From: an uncultured Anaerolineales bacterium
GTDB taxonomy: Bacteria > Chloroflexota > Anaerolineae > UBA1429
DNA: 41,159 bases
Reading direction: 5' to 3'
Assembly: GCA_964564195.1 (NCBI GenBank)
Contig: CAZMAI010000004.1
Coordinates: 1-41,159 of the forward strand
The notes under the pieces were generated by a model. That model searched no databases. It was given only the letters and a program-made list of their open reading frames with translations, and was not told where the DNA came from. A program made the translations under genes and the position numbers. Below, piece after piece: positions 9,534-21,440 of this stretch (positions are counted from its first letter, which is position 1; the number at the start of each line of letters is the position of its first letter).

Positions 9534-10439
9534 ATGGAAGATATCGAACAGATCAGGGAGCGGCGCGACAACATCGAAGCCATCGAGCCCATCGTCACTT
9601 CGATGCGCACCATCAGCGCAGGCAGCTGGCGCCAGGCGCTACAGCGGCGCGAGGCAAGTACCAGCTTTAGCGAATATCTGCGGTGGGTGCTCTCCTCCAC
9701 AGTTCATCTGGTGCCGCAGCGCTCCCTGCAAGCGCTGGGAGTGCGCCAGGGGACAGAGCCGCCCCGGCGACCCCTGCTTGTGGTCATCAGCTCACAACGC
9801 GGTCTCTGCGGTGCCTATAACGATCTGGTGGCGCGCGGTGCCGACCAGTTGATTACGAGCCAGGCCGTGCAGAGCGACGAGGTGCAGGTGGGCGCGCTGG
9901 GCGGGCGCGGGGCAGCCTACCTGCGCCGCCTGGGCAGACAGATCAGCCTGGAGTGGCCGCTACCCACCTCCCGAGTCGCTACCATGGACCTGGTGAACCA
10001 GGTTGCCAGCGACTTGCGTGAGGAAATGTCCGAGGGCACGACTGATGCGGTCTATATCCTATACTCTCCCTATCGCGCTGGCACGCTGTCCCCGGTGGTC
10101 TCAGAGAGATGGCTGCCTGTGGACGAGAGCATCCTCCCCAGAACCGCCGCCGAGGGGCCAGAGATCATCATTGAGGGCGATCCTGTCGCTCTCTTTCAAC
10201 GCGCACTGACGGAGTGGACGACTGCGCGCCTGTATCGGATGATCATCGAAGCGGCCGCGAGTGAGCAGGCCGCGCGCTATCGTGCGATGGACACGGCCAG
10301 CAGCAACCTGGCACGGGTGATCGAAGAGTTGACGTTGCAGTATCACTCTGCCCGACAGCACGCCATCACCATGGAGATGCTCGACCTCGCCGCCGGCGCC
10401 GAAGGCACTCGCGGGCAAACACAGGTTTCTGATATCTGA
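9534..10439 (+). CDS. atpG: N-type ATPase gamma subunit
   Basis: 301 aa, starting 1 nt after the alpha stop. N-terminal helix IRERRDNIEAIEPIVTSMRTIS and C-terminal helix RYRAMDTASSNLARVIEELTLQYHSARQHAITMEMLDL are typical of gamma. Confidence 0.85.
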   Translation: MEDIEQIRERRDNIEAIEPIVTSMRTISAGSWRQALQRREASTSFSEYLRWVLSSTVHLVPQRSLQALGVRQGTEPPRRPLLVVISSQRGLCGAYNDLVARGADQLITSQAVQSDEVQVGALGGRGAAYLRRLGRQISLEWPLPTSRVATMDLVNQVASDLREEMSEGTTDAVYILYSPYRAGTLSPVVSERWLPVDESILPRTAAEGPEIIIEGDPVALFQRALTEWTTARLYRMIIEAAASEQAARYRAMDTASSNLARVIEELTLQYHSARQHAITMEMLDLAAGAEGTRGQTQVSDI

Positions 10440-10516
10440 TGCCCTCGAACCTTTGCCTGCCGGGTTAGGCCAGGTGTGCCGCGGCCAGCACAGTCGTGGA
10501 TTAAAGGGGGAAAGCG

Positions 10517-11458
10517 GTGTGGAATCGGGTCATCCTGGTAACATGTGGCATGGTTATCGGCTGGGGAACAGCCAACTATCTGACCTGTGCCCCCGGCGAT
10601 CTGCCGCGTCACCGTTACCGGATTGGCTTGGGTTTAGCCATAGCCCTTGCACTCGCCCTCTGGATGGGATGGACGCGCCCCGCCAGCGGAATTGCAGCAG
10701 CCGCCATCGTGGCATTCTGTGCGCTCATCGCCTATGCCGCCCGAGCACGCCAGGTGTCGTCTAGCCGTGAGCAGGCGATCATGGCATATACCGAAACAGG
10801 CCAACCAGAGCAACCGTGCGCGGTAGTACTGGTAACACTGGCACACCCGGAATACTACGAGGGCCCCGAACACTGGGTCGCTCATCTGCGGCCCGCGGGT
10901 GCCGCCACCCGCCAGGACTCGCACTGGTTCTCCAGACCCAGGATCCTCGCCCGCATCAGGCGCTCTTACACAACCGGGGAGGCGTCTCCGGGTACGGCTC
11001 AGGCACTCACCGCGCTGTCAGAGCAACTCACCCTGCGGCTGGATAATAGCTGCCTGGTGAAAAAGGCTCATCCCTTTGCGGCTCCTACCGTAGCCAGCCA
11101 GCTGTTATCGCTAGCCCTGCAGCAGGTGCAGCGGATCGTCGTCATTCCGGTTGACCTTCCCGAACAGCACATGTCAGCGATGACCGAACAGGTCGCCCTA
11201 TCCAGGGCGGACCAGCAAGGGCCGTCTGTGGTGCTACTCGACAATGTACCGCTGGGCATATGGACGGAGGAGGCCGCTACTCAGGAGCTCGATGCTCTTG
11301 TCCATGGTCATCAACTGACTGGAAGAGTCACGATGCCGGACGAGGCGGTGGAGCACCTGACGCATACGATCCAGCGGTCCCTGCACAGCACCGATCCCGC
11401 TGCTCCTCGTCCAGAACTCGCCCTAACCAGCGGAGCAACGACACAGGCGAATTCATAA
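10517..11458 (+). CDS. Hypothetical membrane-anchored protein with a ferrochelatase-like (class II chelatase fold) soluble domain
   Basis: 313 aa with GTG start after GGGGGAAAG. Three N-terminal TM helices. The remainder resembles, by eye, the ferrochelatase N-lobe ([55 protein letters not shown]). The expected SAHSLP catalytic-His motif reads LLDNVPLG. Confidence 0.35.
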   Translation: MWNRVILVTCGMVIGWGTANYLTCAPGDLPRHRYRIGLGLAIALALALWMGWTRPASGIAAAAIVAFCALIAYAARARQVSSSREQAIMAYTETGQPEQPCAVVLVTLAHPEYYEGPEHWVAHLRPAGAATRQDSHWFSRPRILARIRRSYTTGEASPGTAQALTALSEQLTLRLDNSCLVKKAHPFAAPTVASQLLSLALQQVQRIVVIPVDLPEQHMSAMTEQVALSRADQQGPSVVLLDNVPLGIWTEEAATQELDALVHGHQLTGRVTMPDEAVEHLTHTIQRSLHSTDPAAPRPELALTSGATTQANS

Positions 11459-11484
11459 GGCTAGAGAACGATCTGGGGGTATCC

Positions 11485-12981
11485 ATGCCAGACACACAAC
11501 CTGAAGCCACGACCATCTTTATTTTTGGGGCTTCGGGCGACCTGACCCGCCGTAAACTCATTCCAGCCATTCACAGCCTCAACTGTGAGGGCCTGCTGCA
11601 CCGACACACCCGGATTATCGGGTCCGCCCGTAGCGTCCTTGACCATGATCAGCTCTCTGCATCCCTGCTGGAGGGCGTATCCGACTATGCGCGCCTCAAG
11701 CCGGGGATGTGCGAGCGCTGGGACCTGTTCAGCGAGCGCATTTTCTACCAGGCCGGCGACTATGACGACCCGGAGACATACCATCAGCTGGAAGCACTCC
11801 AGGCCAGATTGGATGAGACCGGTAATCCCGCTCCGAACAGGCTCTTTTATCTTGCCATACCCCCGGCGCTCTACCCCGAGGTCATCCGGCGGATCGGCGA
11901 GTCGGGCCTGAACGAGAATCAGAGGGGATGGTCGCGCATCGTCATCGAAAAGCCCTTTGGCTCGGACCTGGCGAGCGCGCGCAAGCTGAACGATGTCCTC
12001 CACGCCGTCTTTGATGAGTCGCAGATCTACCGCATCGACCACTATCTGGGGAAGGAGACGGTACAGAATATCCTGTTCTTCCGTTTTGGCAATGCTATCT
12101 TTGAGCCCCTCTGGAATCGCAGTTATGTTGACCATGTTCAGATCACCATGTCGGAGACCGTCGGTGTTGGACATCGGGGAGGATACTATGACCGGGCCGG
12201 TGTCCTTCGAGACATGTTCCAGAACCATCTGCTGCAGCTCTTGACGTTAACCGCGATGGAGCCGCCCTCCGTGCTCAACGCGAAAACATTGCGTGATCAG
12301 AAAGCGCAGGTGCTGCAGGCCCTGCGCCCCCTTTCCCCAGCCGATGGCATCTATGGGCAGTACGACGGTTACCGGCAAGAGCCGCACGTGGCGCCGGACT
12401 CGCAGACACCGACCTTTATCGCGCTTCGTCTGTTCATCGATAACTGGCGCTGGCGCGATGTTCCCTTTTATGTCCGCTCCGGCAAAAAACTCTGCCACAA
12501 GACAACAGAGATCACGCTGCAGTTCAAGGCGGTCCCCCACCGTCTGTTCCTGGACGCCGGCGAGTTGCCGCCCAACCGGCTTTCTCTGGTTATCCAGCCA
12601 AACGAGAGCGTCCACCTGCGCTTTGAGGCCAAACAGCCAGGCTCCGGGATGCGCGCCGAGCCGGTAAACATGGTTTTTCGTTACGGAACCCACTTTGGTG
12701 ATTACGCCCTCCCTGACGCCTACGAGCGACTGCTGCTGGATGCGATCCAGGGCGATGCCTCGCTATTCGCCCGGAGTGACGAGATTGAGCTGGCCTGGCG
12801 CTTGACGGACGAACTCACCGTGCCAGTGGAACCCTACGTCTACGCTGGGGGCAGTAGCGGTCCCACACAGGCAGACTCCTTTATCGAACGCGACGGACAT
12901 CGCTGGTTCCCGATGGACGAAAATCACCCACACGACTACCCGGAAGACGATGGTCAGAGTGACAGCGAGGACGAGGACTGA
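11485..12981 (+). CDS. zwf: Glucose-6-phosphate 1-dehydrogenase
   Basis: In-frame Met 76 of track ORF 11260..12981. NADP-binding N-terminus [18 protein letters not shown] and active-site motif RIDHYLGKE. Acidic C-terminal tail. Confidence 0.92.
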   Translation: MPDTQPEATTIFIFGASGDLTRRKLIPAIHSLNCEGLLHRHTRIIGSARSVLDHDQLSASLLEGVSDYARLKPGMCERWDLFSERIFYQAGDYDDPETYHQLEALQARLDETGNPAPNRLFYLAIPPALYPEVIRRIGESGLNENQRGWSRIVIEKPFGSDLASARKLNDVLHAVFDESQIYRIDHYLGKETVQNILFFRFGNAIFEPLWNRSYVDHVQITMSETVGVGHRGGYYDRAGVLRDMFQNHLLQLLTLTAMEPPSVLNAKTLRDQKAQVLQALRPLSPADGIYGQYDGYRQEPHVAPDSQTPTFIALRLFIDNWRWRDVPFYVRSGKKLCHKTTEITLQFKAVPHRLFLDAGELPPNRLSLVIQPNESVHLRFEAKQPGSGMRAEPVNMVFRYGTHFGDYALPDAYERLLLDAIQGDASLFARSDEIELAWRLTDELTVPVEPYVYAGGSSGPTQADSFIERDGHRWFPMDENHPHDYPEDDGQSDSEDED

Positions 12982-13026
12982 CCAGGTGCTGCCAGAGACT
13001 TGACTCTGTTGCCAATGCCGAAAGGT

Positions 13027-13055
13027 TTGACGCTGCTCATTCAGGGGTGTATCAT
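13027..13055 (+). promoter_or_regulatory. Sigma70-like promoter of the F-type atp operon (TTGACG-17-TATCAT)
   Basis: -35 at 13027-13032, 17-nt spacer, -10 at 13050-13055. It lies about 60 nt upstream of the first operon gene. Confidence 0.4.
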
Positions 13056-13115
13056 TCCTTTCTTGGTGCAGTGCGGCACCGGTGACGTCCGCCAGGGCGA
13101 GAGCTCGGAGCACGC

Positions 13116-13586
13116 ATGAACAACAAGAGACAGATCGCTGGCCTTGCTACGGAGCTGGGCATGACCATGGGCCTGACCGCAGCTGGGCTGATCTTCCTCG
13201 GACTGTGGGTCGGAAGACAGGTTGACGACCTCCTCGGCACAGCCCCATATGCGACGATCCTCCTGCTCATTGCTGGCATCGTCATCGGTCAGATCGCGAT
13301 CATCCGCCTGGCCATCCGCACGAGAGAGTATCTGAACGACAGCGACACAGCCGGCTATGCTTTTTCGGGACTGGGCAACGGGCTCAAGACAGCTGTCAAG
13401 GCGCTGGCGTTGGTAGCGCTGCCGGTAATCCTACGACTGCCTGGCCTGTGGCTTGATCGGTATCTGGGCACTGAGATTGTCTTTTCGTTGGTTTTGGTCG
13501 TTCTAGGACTGGTGATCGCAGTGGTGGGCTTGCTAAGCATTGTCGAATCTATGCGTGCGACAGACCGCGAGGGAGATAGCACGTGA
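13116..13586 (+). CDS. AtpZ/AtpI-type ATP synthase accessory membrane protein (apparent AtpZ-AtpI fusion)
   Basis: 156 aa. The N-terminal half matches the AtpZ pattern (LGMTMGLTAAGLIFLGLWVGRQVDDLLGTAPYATILLLIAGIVIG). The C-terminal half adds two more TM helices, as in AtpI. GTGA overlap with atpB. Confidence 0.65.
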   Translation: MNNKRQIAGLATELGMTMGLTAAGLIFLGLWVGRQVDDLLGTAPYATILLLIAGIVIGQIAIIRLAIRTREYLNDSDTAGYAFSGLGNGLKTAVKALALVALPVILRLPGLWLDRYLGTEIVFSLVLVVLGLVIAVVGLLSIVESMRATDREGDST

Positions 13587-14464
13587 TCAAAAAGGTACTG
13601 ATCGGGCTCGCGATCGTCGCGGTTATTGGCGCGAATTTGTACGCACCGCTGCGGCTCGACGAGCTGAATATTGTGATCAGCGCTGAGGTGCTGTTCGAGG
13701 CGGGACCATTCGTTGTCACCAACTCGATACTTACGACCTGGGTCGTTATGGCCATACTTACGATCCTGGCATGGATCGTTCGCAGGCGGATGGTGGAATC
13801 CCCCGCGCCCCGCTCTGCTCAGAATATCGTGCAGACCGTCTTTGAAGGGTTGTTGGGCTATCTCGAGCGCTTTGCCGGACCACTGGCGCGCAAGTACTTT
13901 ACCATCGCCGCTAGCTTTTTCATCTCGATCCTTGCGATGAACCTGTTCTCCCTATTCCCGGGTTTCGGAAGTATCGGTCTCTGGCGGGGAGAGGGCGAGG
14001 TGAGGGAGTTTGTACCGCTGCTGCGCGGTGCCACAGCCGACCTCAACACCACGGTCGCGCTCGCCTTACTGTCGGTACTCTCTGCACAAGTCTTTGGCGT
14101 CTATATTCAGGGGCCTCTCACTTACGTCGGCCGCTTTATTCGCATCGGGTCATTCATAGAGTTCTTTCGGCAGTTACCGTCTGCCAAGGTCCAGCCTGGA
14201 TTGCTCCTCAACGGCGTCCTTGAGCTCTTTATCGGCGTGCTAGAGATATTTGAGGAGCTCACCAAAGTGGTCTCGTTCTCCTTTCGTCTTTTCGGGAACA
14301 TGTTTGGGGGCGAGGTTCTGCTCCTGGTGATCGCTTTTATCCTGCCCTATGTCATATCTTTGCCCTTTATCGGGCTGGAGATCATGTCCGGATTCGTCCA
14401 GGCCGTGATCTTTACAATTCTGAGCACCGCCTTTGCTGTTCGTGCTGCATCGACACACGGCTGA
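13583..14464 (+). CDS. atpB: F-type ATP synthase Fo a subunit
   Basis: 293 aa with GTG start. Stator motif RLFGNMFGGE and a polytopic membrane profile. Confidence 0.9.
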   Translation: MIKKVLIGLAIVAVIGANLYAPLRLDELNIVISAEVLFEAGPFVVTNSILTTWVVMAILTILAWIVRRRMVESPAPRSAQNIVQTVFEGLLGYLERFAGPLARKYFTIAASFFISILAMNLFSLFPGFGSIGLWRGEGEVREFVPLLRGATADLNTTVALALLSVLSAQVFGVYIQGPLTYVGRFIRIGSFIEFFRQLPSAKVQPGLLLNGVLELFIGVLEIFEELTKVVSFSFRLFGNMFGGEVLLLVIAFILPYVISLPFIGLEIMSGFVQAVIFTILSTAFAVRAASTHG

Positions 14465-14509
14465 CAGGCTAGACGGCAGTTGCAGCAAGTTCCTATGTAG
14501 GAGTAACGC

Positions 14510-14734
14510 ATGGAAATCACACCGGATCTCGTGGCAGGGTTGACAATCGCACTGGGGAGCCTGGGCCCGTCCATCGCAATCGGCAGGCTGGCGTCAGCAG
14601 CCATGGAGGCGCTGGGCCGCAACCCGGAGGCAGAGCGCGCTGTGAGCACAAACCTCATCATCGCTCTGGCCTTTACAGAGGCCATCGCCATCTACGCTCT
14701 TGTCGTGGCGCTCGCCGTCAAGTTTGTCTCGTAG
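14510..14734 (+). CDS. atpE: F-type ATP synthase Fo c subunit (proton-type site)
   Basis: 74 aa with AGGAG RBS and loop GRNPE. The carboxylate is E57 in AFTEAIAIY, with no Ser/Thr at +1/+2. Confidence 0.9.
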   Translation: MEITPDLVAGLTIALGSLGPSIAIGRLASAAMEALGRNPEAERAVSTNLIIALAFTEAIAIYALVVALAVKFVS

Positions 14735-14762
14735 ATGAGCCGGGTTACGAAAGGAAGTCGCC

Positions 14763-15251
14763 GTGGGTGAACTAGGACTTGACCCGCGTCTGCTCTTGTC
14801 ACAGATTGTCAACTTTGCGTTGATGGTCTTGATCCTGCATCGCTTGCTTCACAAACCACTGTTGGCTGCGCTTGAAGCGCGTGCCAGGCGCGTTGAGGAG
14901 AGCCTGGCCAAGGCCAGAGCCGCCGACGAGTTGCTGGCCGCGATGCAGCAACGGTACAGTGAGGAGATCGACCGGGCGCAACGCGAGGCGCACGACATCA
15001 TTGAGCAAGGCACGCAGTCTGCGGAACAGCAGCGCCAGGAAATCCTCGCGGCGGCCCGGGAGGAAGCCCAGCAGATTATCACACGCGCGCAAACACAGGC
15101 CGAGCGCGAGCTGCAGCTGGGCGAGATCGCTCTCAGACAGGAGATCGTCGACCTGTCCATTGCTGCAGCATCCCAGGTGATCGGCCAGGACCTGGATGAG
15201 GCCGACCACCACAGGCTCATCGAAGAGTTTCTCACGCAGGTGGGGTCTTGA
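14763..15251 (+). CDS. atpF: F-type ATP synthase Fo b subunit
   Basis: 162 aa with GTG start. N-terminal TM (LLLSQIVNFALMVLILHRLL) followed by a charged coiled coil. Confidence 0.85.
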   Translation: MGELGLDPRLLLSQIVNFALMVLILHRLLHKPLLAALEARARRVEESLAKARAADELLAAMQQRYSEEIDRAQREAHDIIEQGTQSAEQQRQEILAAAREEAQQIITRAQTQAERELQLGEIALRQEIVDLSIAAASQVIGQDLDEADHHRLIEEFLTQVGS

Positions 15252-15619
15252 TGACGACCAACGCTTCGGCCGCCCTCGCTGACGCCCTTGGCCCGCAGCA
15301 CAGCGATAGCCTCTTTGCGCCAGACGGCACCATACTGCTCGAGCAGTCGCCGCAGCTTGCCCAGGTGCGCGTGGTAGTACCCCTGACGCAAGATGAAGAG
15401 ACGCGGCTCCGGGCCTACCTGGAGCGCATCGTCGGGCGCGCTGTGGAGATGGACGTGCGTACGGACCGTTCCATCCTGGGCGGGGTGTGGGTGCGCATGG
15501 ATGACCTCGTGATAGACGGCACCGTCCGTGCGCGCTTGAGCGCCCTGCACGAGCGGCTGTGCGCCAGTTGCGTGATTCCGCAGGGCGCCGGCCCCGGTGT
15601 GAACAGGGAGACCTCATGA
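15248..15619 (+). CDS. atpH: F-type ATP synthase delta subunit, unusually short (C-terminal domain only)
   Basis: 123 aa. ATGA overlaps on both sides leave no room for more coding sequence. Residues ~40-115 (VRVVVPLTQDEETRLRAYLERIVGRAVEMDVRTDRSILGGVWVRMDDLVIDGTVRARL) match the delta/OSCP C-domain. Confidence 0.8.
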   Translation: MMTTNASAALADALGPQHSDSLFAPDGTILLEQSPQLAQVRVVVPLTQDEETRLRAYLERIVGRAVEMDVRTDRSILGGVWVRMDDLVIDGTVRARLSALHERLCASCVIPQGAGPGVNRETS

Positions 15620-17154
15620 GCGACAGTCCTCGCGAGTATGCGCCCGGACTGAGGCGCGTCCTGCAAGAGTTCCGGGATGAGATCGCCCATTTCGAGTATA
15701 CCCCCGGGCCAGTGTCCATGGGCACCGTTATGGACGTGGGCGAAAGCATTGTCCACGTCTCCGGCCTGCGCCAGGTCATGGTCGGTGAGATCCTCCGATT
15801 CGACAACGATGCCCTTGGCATGGCCCTGAACCTTACCACCGAGAGCGTCGGCGCCATCGTCATGGGCTCGAACGAGGGCATCGTGCGTGGGGGTAACGTT
15901 CAGGCACTGGGTTATGTCGCCTCTGTGCCTGTGGGCGAGCAGATGCTGGGGCGCGTGGTGGATGCCCTCGGCCGCCCGGTTGACGGCAAAGGCCCCATCA
16001 GCACGGGGCTGGTGCGGCCCATCGAGAGGCCCGCCCCTGGCATTATCGAGCGCGCGCCGGTCGATCAGCCGCTGACCACGGGAATAAAGGCCGTCGATGC
16101 CCTGGTCCCCATCGGGCGCGGCCAGCGCCAGCTCATTATCGGAGACCGGCAGACCGGCAAGACGACGATGGCGGTTGACGCCATACTCAACCAGCGCCCG
16201 AACGATGTGCTGTGCATCTATGTCGCCATCGGCCAAAAGCTCTCCAACGTCGCCCAGGTCGTTAGTGCGCTGCAGCGCAGCGGGGCGATGGAGCACACAG
16301 TTGTGATCACTGCCGAGGCCAGCGCGCCCGCGGCCCTGCAGTACATTGCGCCCTACGCGGGCTGTGCCATGGCCGAGGAGTTTATGCAGAACGGTCGTGA
16401 CACTCTCGTCGTCTATGACGATTTGACCAAGCACGCCTGGGCCTACCGGCAACTATCGTTGCTTCTGCGCCGCCCGCCCGGCCGCGAGGCCTACCCCGGT
16501 GACATCTTTTACCTGCATGCGCGCCTGCTCGAGCGCGCGGGCCGCCTCGACGATCTTCGCGGCGGCGGCTCGATGACAGCCCTCCCAATCGTTGAGACCC
16601 AGCTCGGCGACCTGGCGGCCTACATTCCGACAAATATCATCTCCATCACAGATGGGCAGATCTATCTGGAGACCGAGTTGTTTCACAGCGGCGTGCGGCC
16701 GGCCATCAACGCCGGCCTATCGGTGTCACGGGTAGGGGGCGCGGCACAGAGCCCGGCCATGCGTCAGGTAGCCGGGCAGATACGACTGGACATGGCACAA
16801 TACCGGGAGCTGCAGGCCTTTTCTCAGTTCGGCACCGACCTGGATGCGGCCACGCAGAGCGCCCTGAACCGCGGCGCGCGGCTTGTGGAACTCATCAAGC
16901 AGCCGCAGCACACCTACTTTGCGCCAGAGGACCAGGTGGCGATCTTTTTCGCGGCCACGCACGGGTATCTTCAGGATGTGGCGATCGACGACGTTTCCGA
17001 ATTCGAGTCGCTGCTGGTGCAGTACCTGAATCGTGAGCGACAGAGCGTGCGCAATGCCATCGCCTTTGAGCGCCGAGTGACCCCGGAGCTTGAGCAGGCT
17101 TTGAGCCTGGCGCTGAGAGACTTCCGGCGCACCATTTGGGAGAATCGAGGGTGA
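15616..17154 (+). CDS. atpA: F-type ATP synthase alpha subunit
   Basis: In-frame Met 20 of track ORF 15559..17154, with ATGA overlap to the atpH stop. 512 aa. Walker A GDRQTGKTTMA. Confidence 0.93.
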   Translation: MSDSPREYAPGLRRVLQEFRDEIAHFEYTPGPVSMGTVMDVGESIVHVSGLRQVMVGEILRFDNDALGMALNLTTESVGAIVMGSNEGIVRGGNVQALGYVASVPVGEQMLGRVVDALGRPVDGKGPISTGLVRPIERPAPGIIERAPVDQPLTTGIKAVDALVPIGRGQRQLIIGDRQTGKTTMAVDAILNQRPNDVLCIYVAIGQKLSNVAQVVSALQRSGAMEHTVVITAEASAPAALQYIAPYAGCAMAEEFMQNGRDTLVVYDDLTKHAWAYRQLSLLLRRPPGREAYPGDIFYLHARLLERAGRLDDLRGGGSMTALPIVETQLGDLAAYIPTNIISITDGQIYLETELFHSGVRPAINAGLSVSRVGGAAQSPAMRQVAGQIRLDMAQYRELQAFSQFGTDLDAATQSALNRGARLVELIKQPQHTYFAPEDQVAIFFAATHGYLQDVAIDDVSEFESLLVQYLNRERQSVRNAIAFERRVTPELEQALSLALRDFRRTIWENRG

Positions 17155-17157
17155 TGC

Positions 17158-19875
<2,718 letters not shown>

Positions 19876-19924
19876 ATGTACTATAATGGACTTATGGGAA
19901 TAACACATCGATGGGGATGATGCT

Positions 19925-21262
19925 ATGTCGATCGTAATTGAGGGCAGGCGCCCGCTCAGCGGCGAGGTGACCATCGGAGGGGCCAAGAACGCGGCTCTGC
20001 CGATCATTGCGGCCAGCCTGCTGACCGCAGACGAGGTTCTGCTTGAGAATGTGCCCTATATCGAGGATATTCGCACCCTGGTCAAGGTGCTCCACGGGAT
20101 GGGCGTAGCAGCACGATTCGAAGGCCCTAACGTGCTGCGGATCAAAGCCACACGCATCTCTCGCTCCATGTTGCCGCGTGATCTGGCACAAAAGATGCGG
20201 GCCAGCTTTCTCATCGTCGGTCCCCTGCTGGCGAGATTCGGCCATGCGCAGGCGCCCCATCCTGGCGGATGCGCGATCGGAACGCGGCCGGTGAGCGTCG
20301 ACCTCAAGGGATTCCAGACGATGGGGGCAGAGGTCGATACAGACGATCTGGACTATATCATCTCAGCGCCGCGGCTGCAGGGCCAGCGCATCTATCTCGA
20401 TTACCCCAGCCACACGGGCACCGAAAACCTGCTGATGGCTGCGTGCCTGGCGGAAGGCACGACGCTGATCGAGAACGCATCCATCGAGCCAGAAGTCACA
20501 GATCTCGCGAACTTTTTATGCGCCATGGGTGCACGCATCCAGGGCGCTGGCACCAACACCATCCGCGTCGACGGCGCAGCGCGGCTGCATGGCGCGGTCT
20601 ATCGCGTGATGCCGGACCGCATGGAAGCGGGTACTTTTGCGTTGGCTGCGGCGATCACCCGGGGCAAGGTGTCTATGGATGGCAGAGTCGGACGCTGGAT
20701 GGGCGCCCTTACAGACAAGTTGCGTTACGCTGGCGCGACGGTGCGCACAGAGGGCGATGCCTACGAGGTGATAGGGCCCGAGAAACTCGATCCCGCGGAC
20801 ATTCAAACCTACCCGTATCCCGGATTTCCGACTGACCTGCAGGCCCCCTTTACCACCGTGATGACACAGGCCCGCGGCAGAAGCTCCATTCACGAGACCA
20901 TGTTCGAAGGCCGCCTGCAGTACGTCGCCGAGCTCGCCAAGATGGGCGCCAGGATCGATGTCTCTGGCTCTGGCCGTACGGCGATGGTCCATGGCCCTAC
21001 CCCGCTCCATGGCGCTGAGGTATGCGCGCTGGATATCCGTTCCGGCGCGGCCGTGGTGCTGGCAGGGCTGGCCGCCGAGGGGCGGACGAGGATTGACAAT
21101 GTGGTCTATATTGACCGGGGCTATGAGGACATCTGCAGCAAACTCGCATCCCTGGGCGCAGACATCTCGCAAGAGGATCAGGACAAGCATGACTGCCCCA
21201 TTGAGGACGCCCGTGAGCCGATTGAGTGGGGCATGGTTCCCTATGCTGTCGGCGCCAGCTGA
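19925..21262 (+). CDS. murA: UDP-N-acetylglucosamine 1-carboxyvinyltransferase
   Basis: 445 aa. N-terminus IEGRRPLSGEVTIGGAKNAALPIIAASLL. Active-site Cys in PGGCAIGTRPV. About 25-aa acidic C-terminal extension. Confidence 0.93.
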   Translation: MSIVIEGRRPLSGEVTIGGAKNAALPIIAASLLTADEVLLENVPYIEDIRTLVKVLHGMGVAARFEGPNVLRIKATRISRSMLPRDLAQKMRASFLIVGPLLARFGHAQAPHPGGCAIGTRPVSVDLKGFQTMGAEVDTDDLDYIISAPRLQGQRIYLDYPSHTGTENLLMAACLAEGTTLIENASIEPEVTDLANFLCAMGARIQGAGTNTIRVDGAARLHGAVYRVMPDRMEAGTFALAAAITRGKVSMDGRVGRWMGALTDKLRYAGATVRTEGDAYEVIGPEKLDPADIQTYPYPGFPTDLQAPFTTVMTQARGRSSIHETMFEGRLQYVAELAKMGARIDVSGSGRTAMVHGPTPLHGAEVCALDIRSGAAVVLAGLAAEGRTRIDNVVYIDRGYEDICSKLASLGADISQEDQDKHDCPIEDAREPIEWGMVPYAVGAS

Positions 21263-21440
21263 AGCCTGGAACTGAGCGCACAGAATCTGTCCACAGCGCG
21301 GCTATCGTGGGCGACACGAGATTGCAGAGCACCCGCGAGGCAGATCTTTTCCCCGTATCTCGCGTAATGCGTAAAGCATGCGCCCGCGCTCGTTTCCGCA
21401 CCCCGGGCGATTGTGGTAGAATCGCTGAGGAGGTTGTGTA

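Noticed and set aside
14799-16452. Long minus-strand ORFs (14799..15881, 14849..15550, 15415..16452) across atpF/atpH/atpA of the F-type operon
   Set aside because: They are antisense to conserved ATP synthase genes. The translations are Arg/Pro/Ala-rich and low-complexity, with no RBS or promoter context.
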